From the NCBI GenBank assembly GCA_965195195.1, contig CBDAFF010000029.1, positions 6,553 through 70,552 of the forward strand: a stretch of 64,000 nucleotides of DNA, given 5' to 3'. The translations under genes were made by a program, and so were the position numbers. Below the pieces are notes generated by a model. That model was not told the DNA's origin and ran no database searches. It worked only from the letters and a program-made list of their open reading frames with translations. The number at the start of each line of letters is the position of its first letter. Positions within the stretch are counted from its first letter, which is position 1. Positions 29,711-39,811 of the stretch are shown here, piece after piece. The stretch comes from an uncultured Anaerolineales bacterium. Lineage in GTDB: Bacteria > Chloroflexota > Anaerolineae > Anaerolineales > E44-bin32.

Positions 29711-31018
29711 TTAACCCCCACCTTCTTCCGGAAAGATAAGATGGACGCCTGATGAGGAAGCGGTGAAGACCTTACCGCCTAAGCTATAAACACCTTCGGG
29801 GCATCTCCCTTGTTTCAGAGCATGTCTGATTTCTCCTGCCAGAAAAGAGCGATCCTCAATTCGAGTCTGATCAAGATTCTCGAACTCACAATGAACAGCC
29901 GTAGGGAATTGCCCGGAATTTTCCACCAGGTAATCAATCGCGTTGTGGTCCGCAATGATGCGCAGGATATGCAAGGGATCAAAATCAGGGGCGTAAGGCG
30001 GTGGCAAGAATTTCGCTCGAGAGATGAAGTCGGATTCCATGACCGCCTGCAGTGGAAGCCCCTCCGGGTTTTCATATGCCAGGAGAAATTGAATGCTTGT
30101 CGGCTTCGTGGGCCAAACGCTATATGGTAGAGCGAAAATATTACTCAGTGAAGGGATGATATCCTCTCTCCCGACTTGCTCCAATAGGCTCCGCAAATAT
30201 TCGTCATTCTTTCTGGCATTCCAAGTAATATGGCGCGGCTCTATCTGATCTAGATGTGGATGGGTGTAGAAATGATTGTAGGTAATCGCTCCATGGTCAA
30301 AGCCCCAGGCGATTGCCTCCCCCAACTTCTCCTCCCATGTCGGGAAGCTTGGGTTCGCGTAGAGCTTATCCCCCAAAGTCGCGAATAGAGCTAAGTGAAA
30401 TCCGAAATCCGGGTGGGCCTGTGAGAACTCCCACATAACCCCGATCCCTGTGCTTGTATCAGGGTCTCCACACTCGGTCAGCGTGAGTTGGTTGTTATAG
30501 AAAAGGTCATCCATTGTGATAATCAGAGGACGACGATCCTCTGGAACATGAAGATCGCCTTTCAACCAACCTTCCAGAGGAATCAGACTGTAGCCGCTAT
30601 CATAGAGACTCTGAAGGTGGGCCTGTAAATCTGGAAGCCTGGTCTTCATCGCCGTGGAAAATCTTGCCGATTCCGGCGAGAATTGGTGATAATTAAGGAT
30701 TGGGAGGCGCGGCTCCTCCTCCCAAACAGTGGCGACCAAGTGAACCCACTCGGTAGGTGTTCCATCCCCAGAAGACAGGTTGTTAGCCTGATCCGACTTT
30801 TCAATATTAATGGAACTCGTACCTGAATGGGGTACCGTGGAGGCCACATTAGATTGTGGCTCCGTCGTCAGTTCTGGGGCTATAGCTTCTACTGCAACGG
30901 CTCTTGTCCCAGCCGGAATATCGACGCCTGATGGAACCTGCTGCTCGACAGGTGTCGCGCAGGATAGAAGTAAAACGAGCGGTGCCAGCCCGATCAGCAT
31001 TGAAATCCTTGCTCTCAT
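29711..31018 (-). CDS. Predicted lipoprotein, possibly polysaccharide-deacetylase-like
   Basis: Signal/lipobox LVLLLSCATP. RPLIITMDDLFYN loosely resembles NodB motif 1. Confidence 0.4.
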   Translation of the reverse strand: MRARISMLIGLAPLVLLLSCATPVEQQVPSGVDIPAGTRAVAVEAIAPELTTEPQSNVASTVPHSGTSSINIEKSDQANNLSSGDGTPTEWVHLVATVWEEEPRLPILNYHQFSPESARFSTAMKTRLPDLQAHLQSLYDSGYSLIPLEGWLKGDLHVPEDRRPLIITMDDLFYNNQLTLTECGDPDTSTGIGVMWEFSQAHPDFGFHLALFATLGDKLYANPSFPTWEEKLGEAIAWGFDHGAITYNHFYTHPHLDQIEPRHITWNARKNDEYLRSLLEQVGREDIIPSLSNIFALPYSVWPTKPTSIQFLLAYENPEGLPLQAVMESDFISRAKFLPPPYAPDFDPLHILRIIADHNAIDYLVENSGQFPTAVHCEFENLDQTRIEDRSFLAGEIRHALKQGRCPEGVYSLGGKVFTASSSGVHLIFPEEGGG

Positions 31019-31145
31019 TGTTGTGGACCACTCGGCCTCAGCGCCGATTACCTCACAAAGGAGACAGCCATACCCTCATAGTCCTTGCCAACGACCCGAA
31101 TTATTAATTCAACCCCTCTTCGTCTAAATGCCTTCCATGGAAAGC

Positions 31146-31565
31146 CTAGAGGAAGCGGATGATCAGTGGAACTGCGATCGCGGTAAGCGCCAAAGTGCCA
31201 ATAACGCCGCTGAATAGCAGATAGCGGGCATTGTAGTTCGACATAAGCGCAGGGTCGTAATACTTCTCCACTTCATTGTCGCTATACATCTTGACCAATC
31301 CATCAAGCAGCATTTGACGGGTTCGCTTCCCAAGATTCAACGCTGAAATCGCGATCGCATTCATCAAGAGCGTCATGATAATGAAAACGATCAACACGAT
31401 GTCATTTACAGTATCGCCGCTTCTTCCAGAGGCAGCATCGGCCACACCGGAATTAATCCCGAGAACGATGAGGTTGAATGCGATGGCCGTCACCACAAAG
31501 ATCGTGTCTGTACGACTACTCTGGTTCAGTTCGCTGACGATATGGTCATGTACTTGATTTAACAT
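31146..31565 (-). CDS. Hypothetical membrane protein
   Basis: ATG 31565 preceded by AAGGAGGTAACT. 3-4 TM segments. Confidence 0.45.
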   Translation of the reverse strand: MLNQVHDHIVSELNQSSRTDTIFVVTAIAFNLIVLGINSGVADAASGRSGDTVNDIVLIVFIIMTLLMNAIAISALNLGKRTRQMLLDGLVKMYSDNEVEKYYDPALMSNYNARYLLFSGVIGTLALTAIAVPLIIRFL

Positions 31566-31699
31566 AGTTACCTCCTTGAACAATAAAGGATCACTCTTGA
31601 AGTGGTCATTTGACCTTCATAATAGGCGGAAAGGCTCGCCCATTATGAGTACTCTAAGCGTGTTAAATATTTTACATAAGAGTGCATTCTTCCGGCAAT

Positions 31700-32143
31700 T
31701 TATCCAACAACGTTACGTCGAAGGGGTTCTATCAACAGAACCGCTTCTCCTTCCACAACATTTCTTTCGTCCTGGTTGAAACATCGAGTGTTGAGGTGAA
31801 TTATATTCTTCTCCCTGCTCCACTTCGTAACTTCGACCTCTGCCGTAAGCGTATCACCAACCCTTGTGGGGTAAAGGTAATTCAATTTTTGGCTTAAGTA
31901 TATGGCACCAGGACCGGGAAGTTTCATCCCCAGAACTGCAGAGATTAATCCCGCACTTAAAATCCCATGGGCTATGCGACCCTGAAAACGTGTCCTAAGA
32001 GCAAATTCCTCGTTAACGTGAAGCGGGTTGAAATCCCCGGTAATCTCGGCAAGCGTGGCAATATCACTTTCAACAATAGTCTTTGTCAATCGTGCTGTCT
32101 CGCCTAGATCAAACTCAGAGCGAACTTCAGGGATATCCACCAT
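31700..32143 (-). CDS. MaoC-family (R)-specific enoyl-CoA hydratase/dehydratase
   Basis: GDFNPLHVNEEFA and RIAHGILSAGLIS hotdog motifs. ATG 32143 after GGAGG. Confidence 0.8.
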   Translation of the reverse strand: MVDIPEVRSEFDLGETARLTKTIVESDIATLAEITGDFNPLHVNEEFALRTRFQGRIAHGILSAGLISAVLGMKLPGPGAIYLSQKLNYLYPTRVGDTLTAEVEVTKWSREKNIIHLNTRCFNQDERNVVEGEAVLLIEPLRRNVVG

Positions 32144-32198
32144 AGGGGCCTCCGCCAAATAAATGCGATTCCTCCTCAGTCACCAAATCTTCGGCCAA

Positions 32199-32708
32199 TC
32201 ACCTGAAACGATCATCCGAGGTCTTCCCCTTGACCTCCCCCCTCGCTTCCTCCAGCCAGCCTATGCGGGCGTTCGGTCGATGGTCAAACTCGGGTACATA
32301 CGGCTTAAGATCGAGGAGCGGCGTGCCGTCCAGGACATCCAGATCATCGACATAAAGAATACCATCTTCAACACGAATCAAATTGACAATAGATAGACCA
32401 ATTGGATTAGGCCGCGTTGGTGCTCGAGTCGCAAATATTCCACGCGGGGATGTATCGAGAAAAGGGGTCACGGTGAGAGATTGTTCTCGAGTAGCGTGCA
32501 TATGGTAGAGCAGGATGATATGCGAGAACCCATCCACATCCTTTAAGCCATCCTGATATTCGGGAAATATCTCGACCCTGCCCGGACCGCTGGCTTTACT
32601 GGCGGGTTGGATGGGCATTGCTTCCAAATCCTTGAAAGGACTGCAAATAAGCCCGATCGCCTGGAAGGTTATATCCATTTGTGAGTTCTGCGCATCGTCA
32701 TTGTTCAT
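32199..32708 (-). CDS. trmO: TrmO/TsaA (YaeB)-family tRNA methyltransferase
   Basis: RPNPIGLSIVNLIRVEDGILYVDDLDVLDGTPLLDLKPY is the family signature. Confidence 0.8.
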   Translation of the reverse strand: MNNDDAQNSQMDITFQAIGLICSPFKDLEAMPIQPASKASGPGRVEIFPEYQDGLKDVDGFSHIILLYHMHATREQSLTVTPFLDTSPRGIFATRAPTRPNPIGLSIVNLIRVEDGILYVDDLDVLDGTPLLDLKPYVPEFDHRPNARIGWLEEARGEVKGKTSDDRFR

Positions 32709-33050
32709 TAGTATTCCCCTTAATCGTAACAGAGGAATGTTAAAAACCAACCTGAATGCTCCCTATGAGTTTTCTTCTTTGCTTATATTATCGCATTTAA
32801 GGTAACACGAACCGTGCGCAAATCCGAGTAATTCATTTCGAGAATTTTTTCTCGCCCGCTCGGATCCTTTGGCTAATACCTGATGACTCCACCATGAGGG
32901 TAATCTCTAACGGCTCTCCAACTCGATACAAAAACTCAATAACCGCGATCTCCCCGAGTTCTCCATTCTCCGTTCATGCTCAGTTCACAATCCTCACGCA
33001 GAATCAATGCGAAATCAAATTCACTAAAAGGAGAAAGAACATGAAAAGGA

Positions 33051-33508
33051 ATACATGGATTGGAATAGGGGCAACAGTGCTTTTGGTCGCAGCGTTGGTG
33101 GTCGTTGGTGTGATCTTCTATAACATCGGCATCTCTCGCGGAGTAGCAACTGCTGCCGACCTGGAAGGGTTTGTCTTTGCGGGTGGTCCCCTATCCCACA
33201 AAGTCTACATGGAAGGTGGCGCGGAGGGCTACCCTTTCCCTGTGCATCGCTTCCCATCCTTCTTTATGGGCCTTCTGGGATTCATACTGTTAATGGTCCT
33301 ACTGCGCGCCCTCGCCAGGTTTGTATTCTTCCCGCTATTTGGCTTCGGCGCAATGCGAATGGGTCCTCACCATCCTGGGTGGCGGCCGATGGGAAGGTAC
33401 GCCTGTCGGGATTGGGATGAGATGGATACCCCGGAATTTGTCCATAAGTGGCACTCGCAGATGCACGATACCGAAGAAAAAGACGAGGCTGATATACCCA
33501 AAGCCTGA
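33051..33508 (+). CDS. Hypothetical membrane protein with His/Trp-rich cytoplasmic tail
   Basis: ATG 33051 after AAAGGAGAAAG. MKRNTWIGIGATVLLVAALVVVG, second TM, tail GPHHPGWRPMG...HKWHSQMHD. Confidence 0.5.
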
Positions 33509-33524
33509 CCCTCGTCTCCAGCAG

Positions 33525-33565
33525 CCCGGGTGGTTTCTCGACACCACCCGGGTTTGCGCTTTTCT
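33525..33565 (+). terminator. Rho-independent terminator
   Basis: CCCGGGTGGT (33525-33534) / ACCACCCGGG (33543-33552), a perfect 10-bp stem, followed by TTTGCGCTTTTCT. Confidence 0.7.
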
Positions 33566-33645
33566 AATTAGATAAGCTGACTCACTTACCAGTTGATGTA
33601 GAATACTAGCATCTGCATCGATTCCCGCATCTGGAGGTCCCCTGT

Positions 33646-34329
33646 TTGAAGAAGATCCTAGTGGTTGATGACGAGCCGAAGATCATCCAGCTTACACAGG
33701 ATTACCTGGAGAACGCTGGCTTTTCAGTCCTAAGCGCTGGCGACGGGGAACGCGCCCTGGCTGTAATCCAAATCGAGAAGCCTGACCTTGTTGTGTTAGA
33801 CCTCGGGCTTCCTGGCATGGATGGTTTGGATGTTTGTCGATCGATCCGCAAAACATCAAACCTCCCGATCATCATGCTCACCGCACGCGATGAGGAAACC
33901 GATAAACTCGTCGGGCTGGAGCTCGGCGCCGACGATTACATCACCAAACCCTTCAGCCCGAAGGAGCTCGTCGCCAGGGTTCGGTCCGTTCTACGAAGGT
34001 CAGCGCTGGTCCAGGAAGGACGAGAAGTCATCCGGGTGGGCGATGTAACTCTGGATTTACCGCGTATGCGGGTCACCGTTGGCGGTGAGGAGATCGAGCT
34101 CACCGCGACGGAGTTCCAGCTTCTACAGGCCCTCGCCAGTCAACCTGGGCGAATCTTCACCCGTTCCCAACTTCTCAATGCCGTCCATGGTGTTGCCATC
34201 GAATCCTACGAGCGGGCGATCGACGCACACATTAAGAACATCCGCCGTAAGCTCGAACCTGTCCCGCATGAGCCGCGATACATCCAAACAGTTTACGGTG
34301 TGGGGTACCGATTTAGCGATGAAGCATAA
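33646..34329 (+). CDS. OmpR-family response regulator
   Basis: KILVVDDEP, DLVVLDLGLPGMDG, winged-helix C-terminus YIQTVYGVGYRF. TTG start. Confidence 0.9.
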   Translation: MKKILVVDDEPKIIQLTQDYLENAGFSVLSAGDGERALAVIQIEKPDLVVLDLGLPGMDGLDVCRSIRKTSNLPIIMLTARDEETDKLVGLELGADDYITKPFSPKELVARVRSVLRRSALVQEGREVIRVGDVTLDLPRMRVTVGGEEIELTATEFQLLQALASQPGRIFTRSQLLNAVHGVAIESYERAIDAHIKNIRRKLEPVPHEPRYIQTVYGVGYRFSDEA

Positions 34330-35461
34330 CGACCACCCCTCGCATCGTTTCTGGGCCAAGGCACACGAGCGCCGTTCCAAACGCCCACCCCCACACTGGT
34401 GGCCCGAGGACGAATCCTGGCCGCCAGATCCACCTCTCTGGCGAAAAAACCGCCATAAATTGTTCCCGCGCCTTGCCCTTGGAGCGCTCCTCACTTTAGT
34501 GATCGCTACTGTAACTTGCTCGGGAAGTGTTTATTTACTCACACAATTATCCCCCAGGATCGACCTTCACAAAACGGGCGCTCTGCCCATTTTCGTCGGC
34601 ATGGGCCTTCTTATCACTGCTTTGGTCTTTCAAATGGGTCGAACGATCCGACGCGTGATTTCCCCCATTGATGATCTACTTGAAGCCTCCGACAGCGTTG
34701 CGGAAGGCGACTACTCGGTAAGAGTCCCGGAGCGTGGATCCCCTGAGATGTTTGCTCTTGTGTCATCCTTCAACGCCATGGTCCGCCAACTTGAGCTGCA
34801 AGCAAACCAGCGCAATGAGCTCATGGCTGATCTCACCCATGAGCTGCGAACACCCATAACCGTAATCCAGGGAAACATAGAAGGCATTATTGATGGCGTT
34901 TACGAACGAGATGACGCTCATTTGAAAGCGCTGCTCGAGGAGACAAGACAGCTCTCCAGTTTGATCGAAGATTTACGAACGCTTGGGTTGGCTGAGAGCG
35001 GAGCACTCCAACTGCACAGAGAAGCCACTGATCTGGCATTGCTTACCAGCGAGACACTTGCCGCCTATCGCCCCAAAATTGAGGCGGCAGGTATTACCCT
35101 TAACCTGACCGTCGCAGATGGTATTCCCCCCGTCAACGTCGATCCGTTGCGATTTCGTGAGGTGCTGACCAATCTCATCGCAAACGCACTGCGCTATACA
35201 CCGTCCGGCGAAACGATCGAGGTTCAGATTGAGCAGGAGGGGGCCGATCGAGTCCGGATCATCGTCGGGGATACCGGCTCCGGGATTGACCCCAAAGACC
35301 TACCCCACATCTTCGAGCGCTTCTATAAATCGGCTGATTCTGGAGGAAGCGGCCTGGGGCTGGCTATCGCCAAGAAGCTGGTGGAAGCTCATGGGGGCGA
35401 GATCGGCGCTGAAAGCGATCCTGATCAAGGGACGCAGATCACAATTTTGCTGCCAATCTGA
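34319..35461 (+). CDS. Sensor histidine kinase (HAMP-HisKA-HATPase) with very short extracytoplasmic loop
   Basis: H-box LMADLTHELRTPIT, N/G boxes NLIANALRYTP, DTGSGI, GGSGLGLAI. Start taken at ATG 34319, overlapping the regulator stop. The track start at 34079 lies inside the regulator gene. Confidence 0.85.
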   Translation: MKHNDHPSHRFWAKAHERRSKRPPPHWWPEDESWPPDPPLWRKNRHKLFPRLALGALLTLVIATVTCSGSVYLLTQLSPRIDLHKTGALPIFVGMGLLITALVFQMGRTIRRVISPIDDLLEASDSVAEGDYSVRVPERGSPEMFALVSSFNAMVRQLELQANQRNELMADLTHELRTPITVIQGNIEGIIDGVYERDDAHLKALLEETRQLSSLIEDLRTLGLAESGALQLHREATDLALLTSETLAAYRPKIEAAGITLNLTVADGIPPVNVDPLRFREVLTNLIANALRYTPSGETIEVQIEQEGADRVRIIVGDTGSGIDPKDLPHIFERFYKSADSGGSGLGLAIAKKLVEAHGGEIGAESDPDQGTQITILLPI

Positions 35462-35611
35462 ATTGTCGTAACTAAAAGGGCTGCACAAATCAGGGGCGCG
35501 TTTGTACGTACCAACGACCCTTTCATTTTTCCGCCGAGTTTTTACCTTTGTTATTAATGGCTACACGCATATCAAAGGGCAATTTAGATCGAACGTCTCG
35601 GCATGTCTCGT

Positions 35612-36199
35612 TCATTCTAAGTATTCCCTATCAACGGCATCATCGATGAGCGACATCGCAAACTCCCAAAGCGGGAGTGCCCCTTCCTTCATAACATCAT
35701 TGCGGGAGCTCACCTGGTTCACCCTTATGCCATGTTCACGCCACGATCGCCCCTCGGTATGGTAGTTGTGGAGCAAGGGCATGAGTCTATCAATTGTGGC
35801 TGCGAATTTCGCCTCCGCTGAACTTCGCTCCTCGAACTCAGCCCAAAGCTCACGAAACTCCTCCATTTGATCCTCAGGCAGCAGACCAAAGAGACGCTCA
35901 GCCGCTTCACGCTCGCGGCTGGTTTGATCCATCACACCAGCTTCATCATAGCAGTAGGTGTCACCCGCATCGATTTCGATAATGTCGTGAATCAGAAGCA
36001 TCTTCATAGTTCGCAGCAAGTCGACAGGCTGCTCTGAATATTCTGCGAGGAGCAGCCCCATCAGGGCGACATGCCAACTGTGTTCAGCGGAGTTCTCCCG
36101 CCGGGTGCCATCGAGCAAGAAGGACTGGCGGATGACCGATTTAAGATTGTCAATTTCTAGGATAAATTGAATCTGCTGATCGAAGCGCTTTTTGTCCAT
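35612..36199 (-). CDS. HD-domain phosphohydrolase (YfbR-like)
   Basis: ENSAEHSWHVAL and LLIHDIIEIDAGD (H...HD...D). Confidence 0.7.
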   Translation of the reverse strand: MDKKRFDQQIQFILEIDNLKSVIRQSFLLDGTRRENSAEHSWHVALMGLLLAEYSEQPVDLLRTMKMLLIHDIIEIDAGDTYCYDEAGVMDQTSREREAAERLFGLLPEDQMEEFRELWAEFEERSSAEAKFAATIDRLMPLLHNYHTEGRSWREHGIRVNQVSSRNDVMKEGALPLWEFAMSLIDDAVDREYLE

Positions 36200-36295
36200 T
36201 TGCACACATCCTGTAAACGCTATTTGCAAAACCTGACCGTCACTCGAATGAAACTCGGGCGATCCAAACTTCGATATAAAACTCAGCGGTGACGA

Positions 36296-36832
36296 TTACT
36301 TCTTCGACATTGAAGGGATGATGAACGGCGTCGTCTCCTTATACTCCATATACGGCTGTCCAAATCTCGCTTCGAGTTCTTTCTCTTCGATATATTTGAG
36401 GTAAGCAAGTAGCACGACCGCGAAGCTGGTCACCAAAGCGATCGCAGACCAGGAACCAGTCCAGATCGCCAGCCCGAAATAAAGAACGATCGTCCCAAAA
36501 CTCATCGGGTTTCGGCAGTAGGCGAATGGCCCGGTGATAAGCAATGTCTGCGTCGCCATAACCGGAAGCGGCGTGCCCCGGCCACGTGTGAGCTGATCGA
36601 CGATCGACCACATTGCGAACAGCCATCCGATGAACGCCATGGCTCCACCAACGATGAGATTAATCAAGCCGAAGTCGAACCGCGATATTTGCAGCGAATG
36701 ATCAATGGCAGTTGATCCCTTAAGAATCAGATGGGGGATCAACAGGACAAAAACGACCCCCGCCAGGAGGGTCGCGATCACTCTCTCGCCCATGCCAAAT
36801 TCGCGCTCAGCCCACTTCGTGAAACGGTTCAT
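36296..36832 (-). CDS. ICMT/PEMT-like membrane methyltransferase family protein (paralog 1)
   Basis: LITGPFAYCRNPMSFGTIVLYFGLAI ... IEEKELEARFGQPYMEYK. Confidence 0.7.
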   Translation of the reverse strand: MNRFTKWAEREFGMGERVIATLLAGVVFVLLIPHLILKGSTAIDHSLQISRFDFGLINLIVGGAMAFIGWLFAMWSIVDQLTRGRGTPLPVMATQTLLITGPFAYCRNPMSFGTIVLYFGLAIWTGSWSAIALVTSFAVVLLAYLKYIEEKELEARFGQPYMEYKETTPFIIPSMSKK

Positions 36833-36876
36833 TGCCTTATCTCCTCAGGATGTAAATGGAATCATCTCCTTTGGGA

Positions 36877-37476
36877 CTAAAGATTGATTCTTGGAAGAAA
36901 TCTCCCAGTATGCTTCATATAGTGTATATACTTATCTCCGAATTTTTCAACCATGATTTTTTCCTCGCCATCTACCCTCAAGGCGATGAACAACCCGAAA
37001 AACACAACTGGTATAACAGCCAATACCCAGTTTGAAGCGAGTAAGCCCCCGCCAATATAATTCATCAAATAAGCCGTGTAGATTGGGTGACGGATAAAGC
37101 GATAAGGGCCGCTCTCCACAAGCACTTGCTCCTCTTTCAGGACAACGAAAGAGTGAAAGCTCTTTCCCAGGTGATGATGAGCGAGCCAGAGCAGCGAAAT
37201 GCCGGCAACTAAGAGGACCACTCCAAAGTACCTCAACCAGGTCGGGAAATGAATTAAATACGCCCACGAAAAGGTGCCCGGGAAGAAGATGTATTCAGCG
37301 CCGAAGATGAGTGTTACAAGTGCAGCGATGCTCCCCGGTATCAAGCGTGGACCACTATCTCGCATTTCGCTGCGACGCAAATCACCCCTTACCTTCGATT
37401 GGTAATAGATCCTGATCGCAAACATGGCGACGCCGCTCAGGATGAACAACGTTCTGAAGATGATCTCTTGATCCAT
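36877..37476 (-). CDS. ICMT/PEMT-like membrane methyltransferase family protein (paralog 2)
   Basis: LVESGPYRFIRHPIYTAYLMNYIGGG ... EEKIMVEKFGDKYIHYMK. Confidence 0.75.
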   Translation of the reverse strand: MDQEIIFRTLFILSGVAMFAIRIYYQSKVRGDLRRSEMRDSGPRLIPGSIAALVTLIFGAEYIFFPGTFSWAYLIHFPTWLRYFGVVLLVAGISLLWLAHHHLGKSFHSFVVLKEEQVLVESGPYRFIRHPIYTAYLMNYIGGGLLASNWVLAVIPVVFFGLFIALRVDGEEKIMVEKFGDKYIHYMKHTGRFLPRINL

Positions 37477-37584
37477 GGTTCAAAATCTCCAGGGCTGGAA
37501 GGGTTCTTCTACGCAGAGGCTATCGTCAAGTGACCTGGATTAATCCACCAAAATTCAGTGCGAAACGTGGTTTCAATCCACTCA

Positions 37585-38055
37585 TTACGAGTAGATCAGC
37601 CGGAAGCGCTCGCAAACTACGGGCATATCACCCGTGGGTTCTTTACCGATGGATTTACACTCCTCGGCAAAGAAAGCCCAATGGACCTCTCGCCAATAAT
37701 CCAGGCTGCGATCCCCCTCACCCTCCTCATAGGCATGCTTTTCACCTACCGAATTAAAGGCAATTACTTCGACGTCCGTCGTTTCAATAATGCACATTGG
37801 ATCACCCCGGCCATCCAGGATGATGCTAATATCGCCGACCTCGGGATAGGGTTCCCCTTCCGCATGGTAAGACCAGGCAAGTGAAGCCGTGGCAATCTTC
37901 ACGCCCCGCCTGACAAGATCCCCTAAGTTGTCAGCCATTTCAGATGTGCGCCCGAATGCCCAGGCTTCGTACTCCAAACCCTGTGTTGACCGCTCAGGTT
38001 TTAGAGAATCAAGATACGATCGCCAGTAATCCCTTACAGCTGGTGCTTCACCCAT
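37585..38055 (-). CDS. ASCH-domain protein
   Basis: EYEAWAFG...MADNLGDLVRRGVKIATASL...VIAFNSVGEKHAYEEGEGDRSLDYWREVH fits the ASCH pattern (from memory). Confidence 0.6.
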   Translation of the reverse strand: MGEAPAVRDYWRSYLDSLKPERSTQGLEYEAWAFGRTSEMADNLGDLVRRGVKIATASLAWSYHAEGEPYPEVGDISIILDGRGDPMCIIETTDVEVIAFNSVGEKHAYEEGEGDRSLDYWREVHWAFFAEECKSIGKEPTGDMPVVCERFRLIYS

Positions 38056-38072
38056 CGTTCTTCCCTCTCCCT

Positions 38073-38597
38073 TTACACACCAGCCCTACCGAACGTCAAA
38101 CGGTAGAGAATGTAATCGGCCGTGTTACCCATGAGGTTTCCCATACGGATCATGCGCAGAACAACATGGATGGCAGCCGCCTTGTCCTCACCATAGAAAA
38201 CTATGAGTTCTTGAACATTTTCAAGGGCAGGCTGTGCATCACTCTCAGCCCAGTAGCGAGCATAGATCATGGCCGGAACTTCTTCTTCGGGAGTATCTGT
38301 GGGTATCTGACCCGCTAGTAACTCGGCGAGTTCAGTGTCTGTAATACCTTCTTTAAGCGCTTCACTCGCATGGAATGTCCGACAATACCGGCACCCATTC
38401 ACTTCTGTAACAACCAGCATCAGCCGTTCACGAAAGGCAGGTGAGAGCAGCTCTCTCATCGCCCTCCGTATAATGGGCCGACGCTGGATGATGTAGCGAA
38501 AGTCTTCCCAGGCTTCACCCAGGCCTTGGTAGGTTCGCTTTTGAAACTTGTTCTTCAATGGATTTACCTCTTCACGCTTACCATATACCAGGCACAA
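38073..38597 (-). CDS. Carboxymuconolactone decarboxylase / AhpD-like family protein
   Basis: VTEVNGCRYCRTFHA (CxxC-type AhpD motif). Start is uncertain: a TTG at 38558 after GAAGAGG would remove the overlap with the upstream gene. Confidence 0.65.
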   Translation of the reverse strand: MCLVYGKREEVNPLKNKFQKRTYQGLGEAWEDFRYIIQRRPIIRRAMRELLSPAFRERLMLVVTEVNGCRYCRTFHASEALKEGITDTELAELLAGQIPTDTPEEEVPAMIYARYWAESDAQPALENVQELIVFYGEDKAAAIHVVLRMIRMGNLMGNTADYILYRLTFGRAGV

Positions 38598-39288
38598 GAC
38601 GGTACCGTGTTTGCTGCGCGAAATCCGTATATCCCGGGAGTTCCTCCATCAGCATTTTGTCCTCGTTCTTCGTGCGAATGACCAGAAATCTCAGCGCGAT
38701 TCCCGCCGGGATGAGCGCCCAAAATGAGCCGAGCATCAAGGGCATGGCAATGGAACTAACGACCCCTCCCGCATACGCCGGGTGCCGAACGAGGCGATAA
38801 GGACCTCCAGTAATGACTGATTGATCGCGATCCTCCTGGATTCGGGCAACGGATGAGAAAAACGCGTTGGTTACCATCGCCCATGTTCCAAGAACGAAGC
38901 CAAGGACGACGCCCAGCAATGCAATCCCTTGGGTTAGGAAAGACAGATCTGGTGACCAGCCGAAGCGGTCATCGAGACCAGCGATCGTCCAGATCACCAA
39001 CGGCCCGAGCAATCCAACGATCACAACCATGAGGCGATCCCCCACGGCGGCATCGTCAGCTTGCATAGCACGGCCACGTTCAACCAGTGTTTCCGGATTT
39101 GAACGGAGAACAATGAGCCTGCTGACAAGCGTGAAACCGATATGGATGCCGATATAAATCCAGGCCATGGTCCAATCAAGACGGCCCGCAGCGATGAACA
39201 AGACAAACGGTAAAAGAATAACGTATATCAAGAAGCGGACCACCATCCTCCAACCAATCCCCTTGATTCCTTCCGATTGTTTTTCCAT
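38578..39288 (-). CDS. ICMT/PEMT-like membrane methyltransferase family protein (paralog 3)
   Basis: VITGGPYRLVRHPAYAGGVVSSIAMPLMLGS ... NEDKMLMEELPGYTDF. Confidence 0.75.
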   Translation of the reverse strand: MEKQSEGIKGIGWRMVVRFLIYVILLPFVLFIAAGRLDWTMAWIYIGIHIGFTLVSRLIVLRSNPETLVERGRAMQADDAAVGDRLMVVIVGLLGPLVIWTIAGLDDRFGWSPDLSFLTQGIALLGVVLGFVLGTWAMVTNAFFSSVARIQEDRDQSVITGGPYRLVRHPAYAGGVVSSIAMPLMLGSFWALIPAGIALRFLVIRTKNEDKMLMEELPGYTDFAQQTRYRLVPGIW

Positions 39289-39329
39289 TCGCTCTCTCCA
39301 AATTGAAAATTGTTACCAACTCGTCAACT

Positions 39330-39791
39330 CTATCCGGCAATACCCTCAAGATCCGATGTGCATTGCGGACAGCGGATTGCTTCAATCGGTATATCCATGA
39401 AACAGAATGGGCACTCCTTGGTCGTGGGCTCGGATGGAGGTTCTTCCTCGGCTCTTTGGATTTTGTTTACACTACGGATGAGAAGAAAAACGGCAAATGC
39501 AACGATTACGAAAGTGATGATGGTGTTGATAAAAAGCCCATAATTAAGTGTAACAGCTCCTGCTAACTGCGCTTCCGCGACTGAGAGATAGGGGCCGGCA
39601 ACATCACCCTCGCGCAGGATGATGAATAGATTTGAGAAGTCGACATCCCCAAGTAGAAGACCAATCGGGGGCATGATGACATCATCAACAAGGGAGCTGA
39701 CAACAGACCCGAAAGAAGCCCCAAGAATGAGGCCTACCGCCATGTCGAGCACATTTCCACGCATCGCAAATTCCTTAAATTCTTTGATCAT
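39330..39791 (-). CDS. mscL: Large-conductance mechanosensitive channel with C-terminal zinc-ribbon extension
   Basis: [28 protein letters not shown] is canonical MscL. The extra tail is [24 protein letters not shown]. Confidence 0.85.
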   Translation of the reverse strand: MIKEFKEFAMRGNVLDMAVGLILGASFGSVVSSLVDDVIMPPIGLLLGDVDFSNLFIILREGDVAGPYLSVAEAQLAGAVTLNYGLFINTIITFVIVAFAVFLLIRSVNKIQRAEEEPPSEPTTKECPFCFMDIPIEAIRCPQCTSDLEGIAG

Positions 39792-39811
39792 CTTCAGCTC
39801 CCGGCAATCAT

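Noticed and set aside
34079-34318. Upstream 80-codon extension of the histidine-kinase ORF
   Set aside because: It lies inside the response-regulator gene in another frame and is S/P/R-rich. ATG 34319, overlapping the regulator stop, gives a normal kinase N-terminus.
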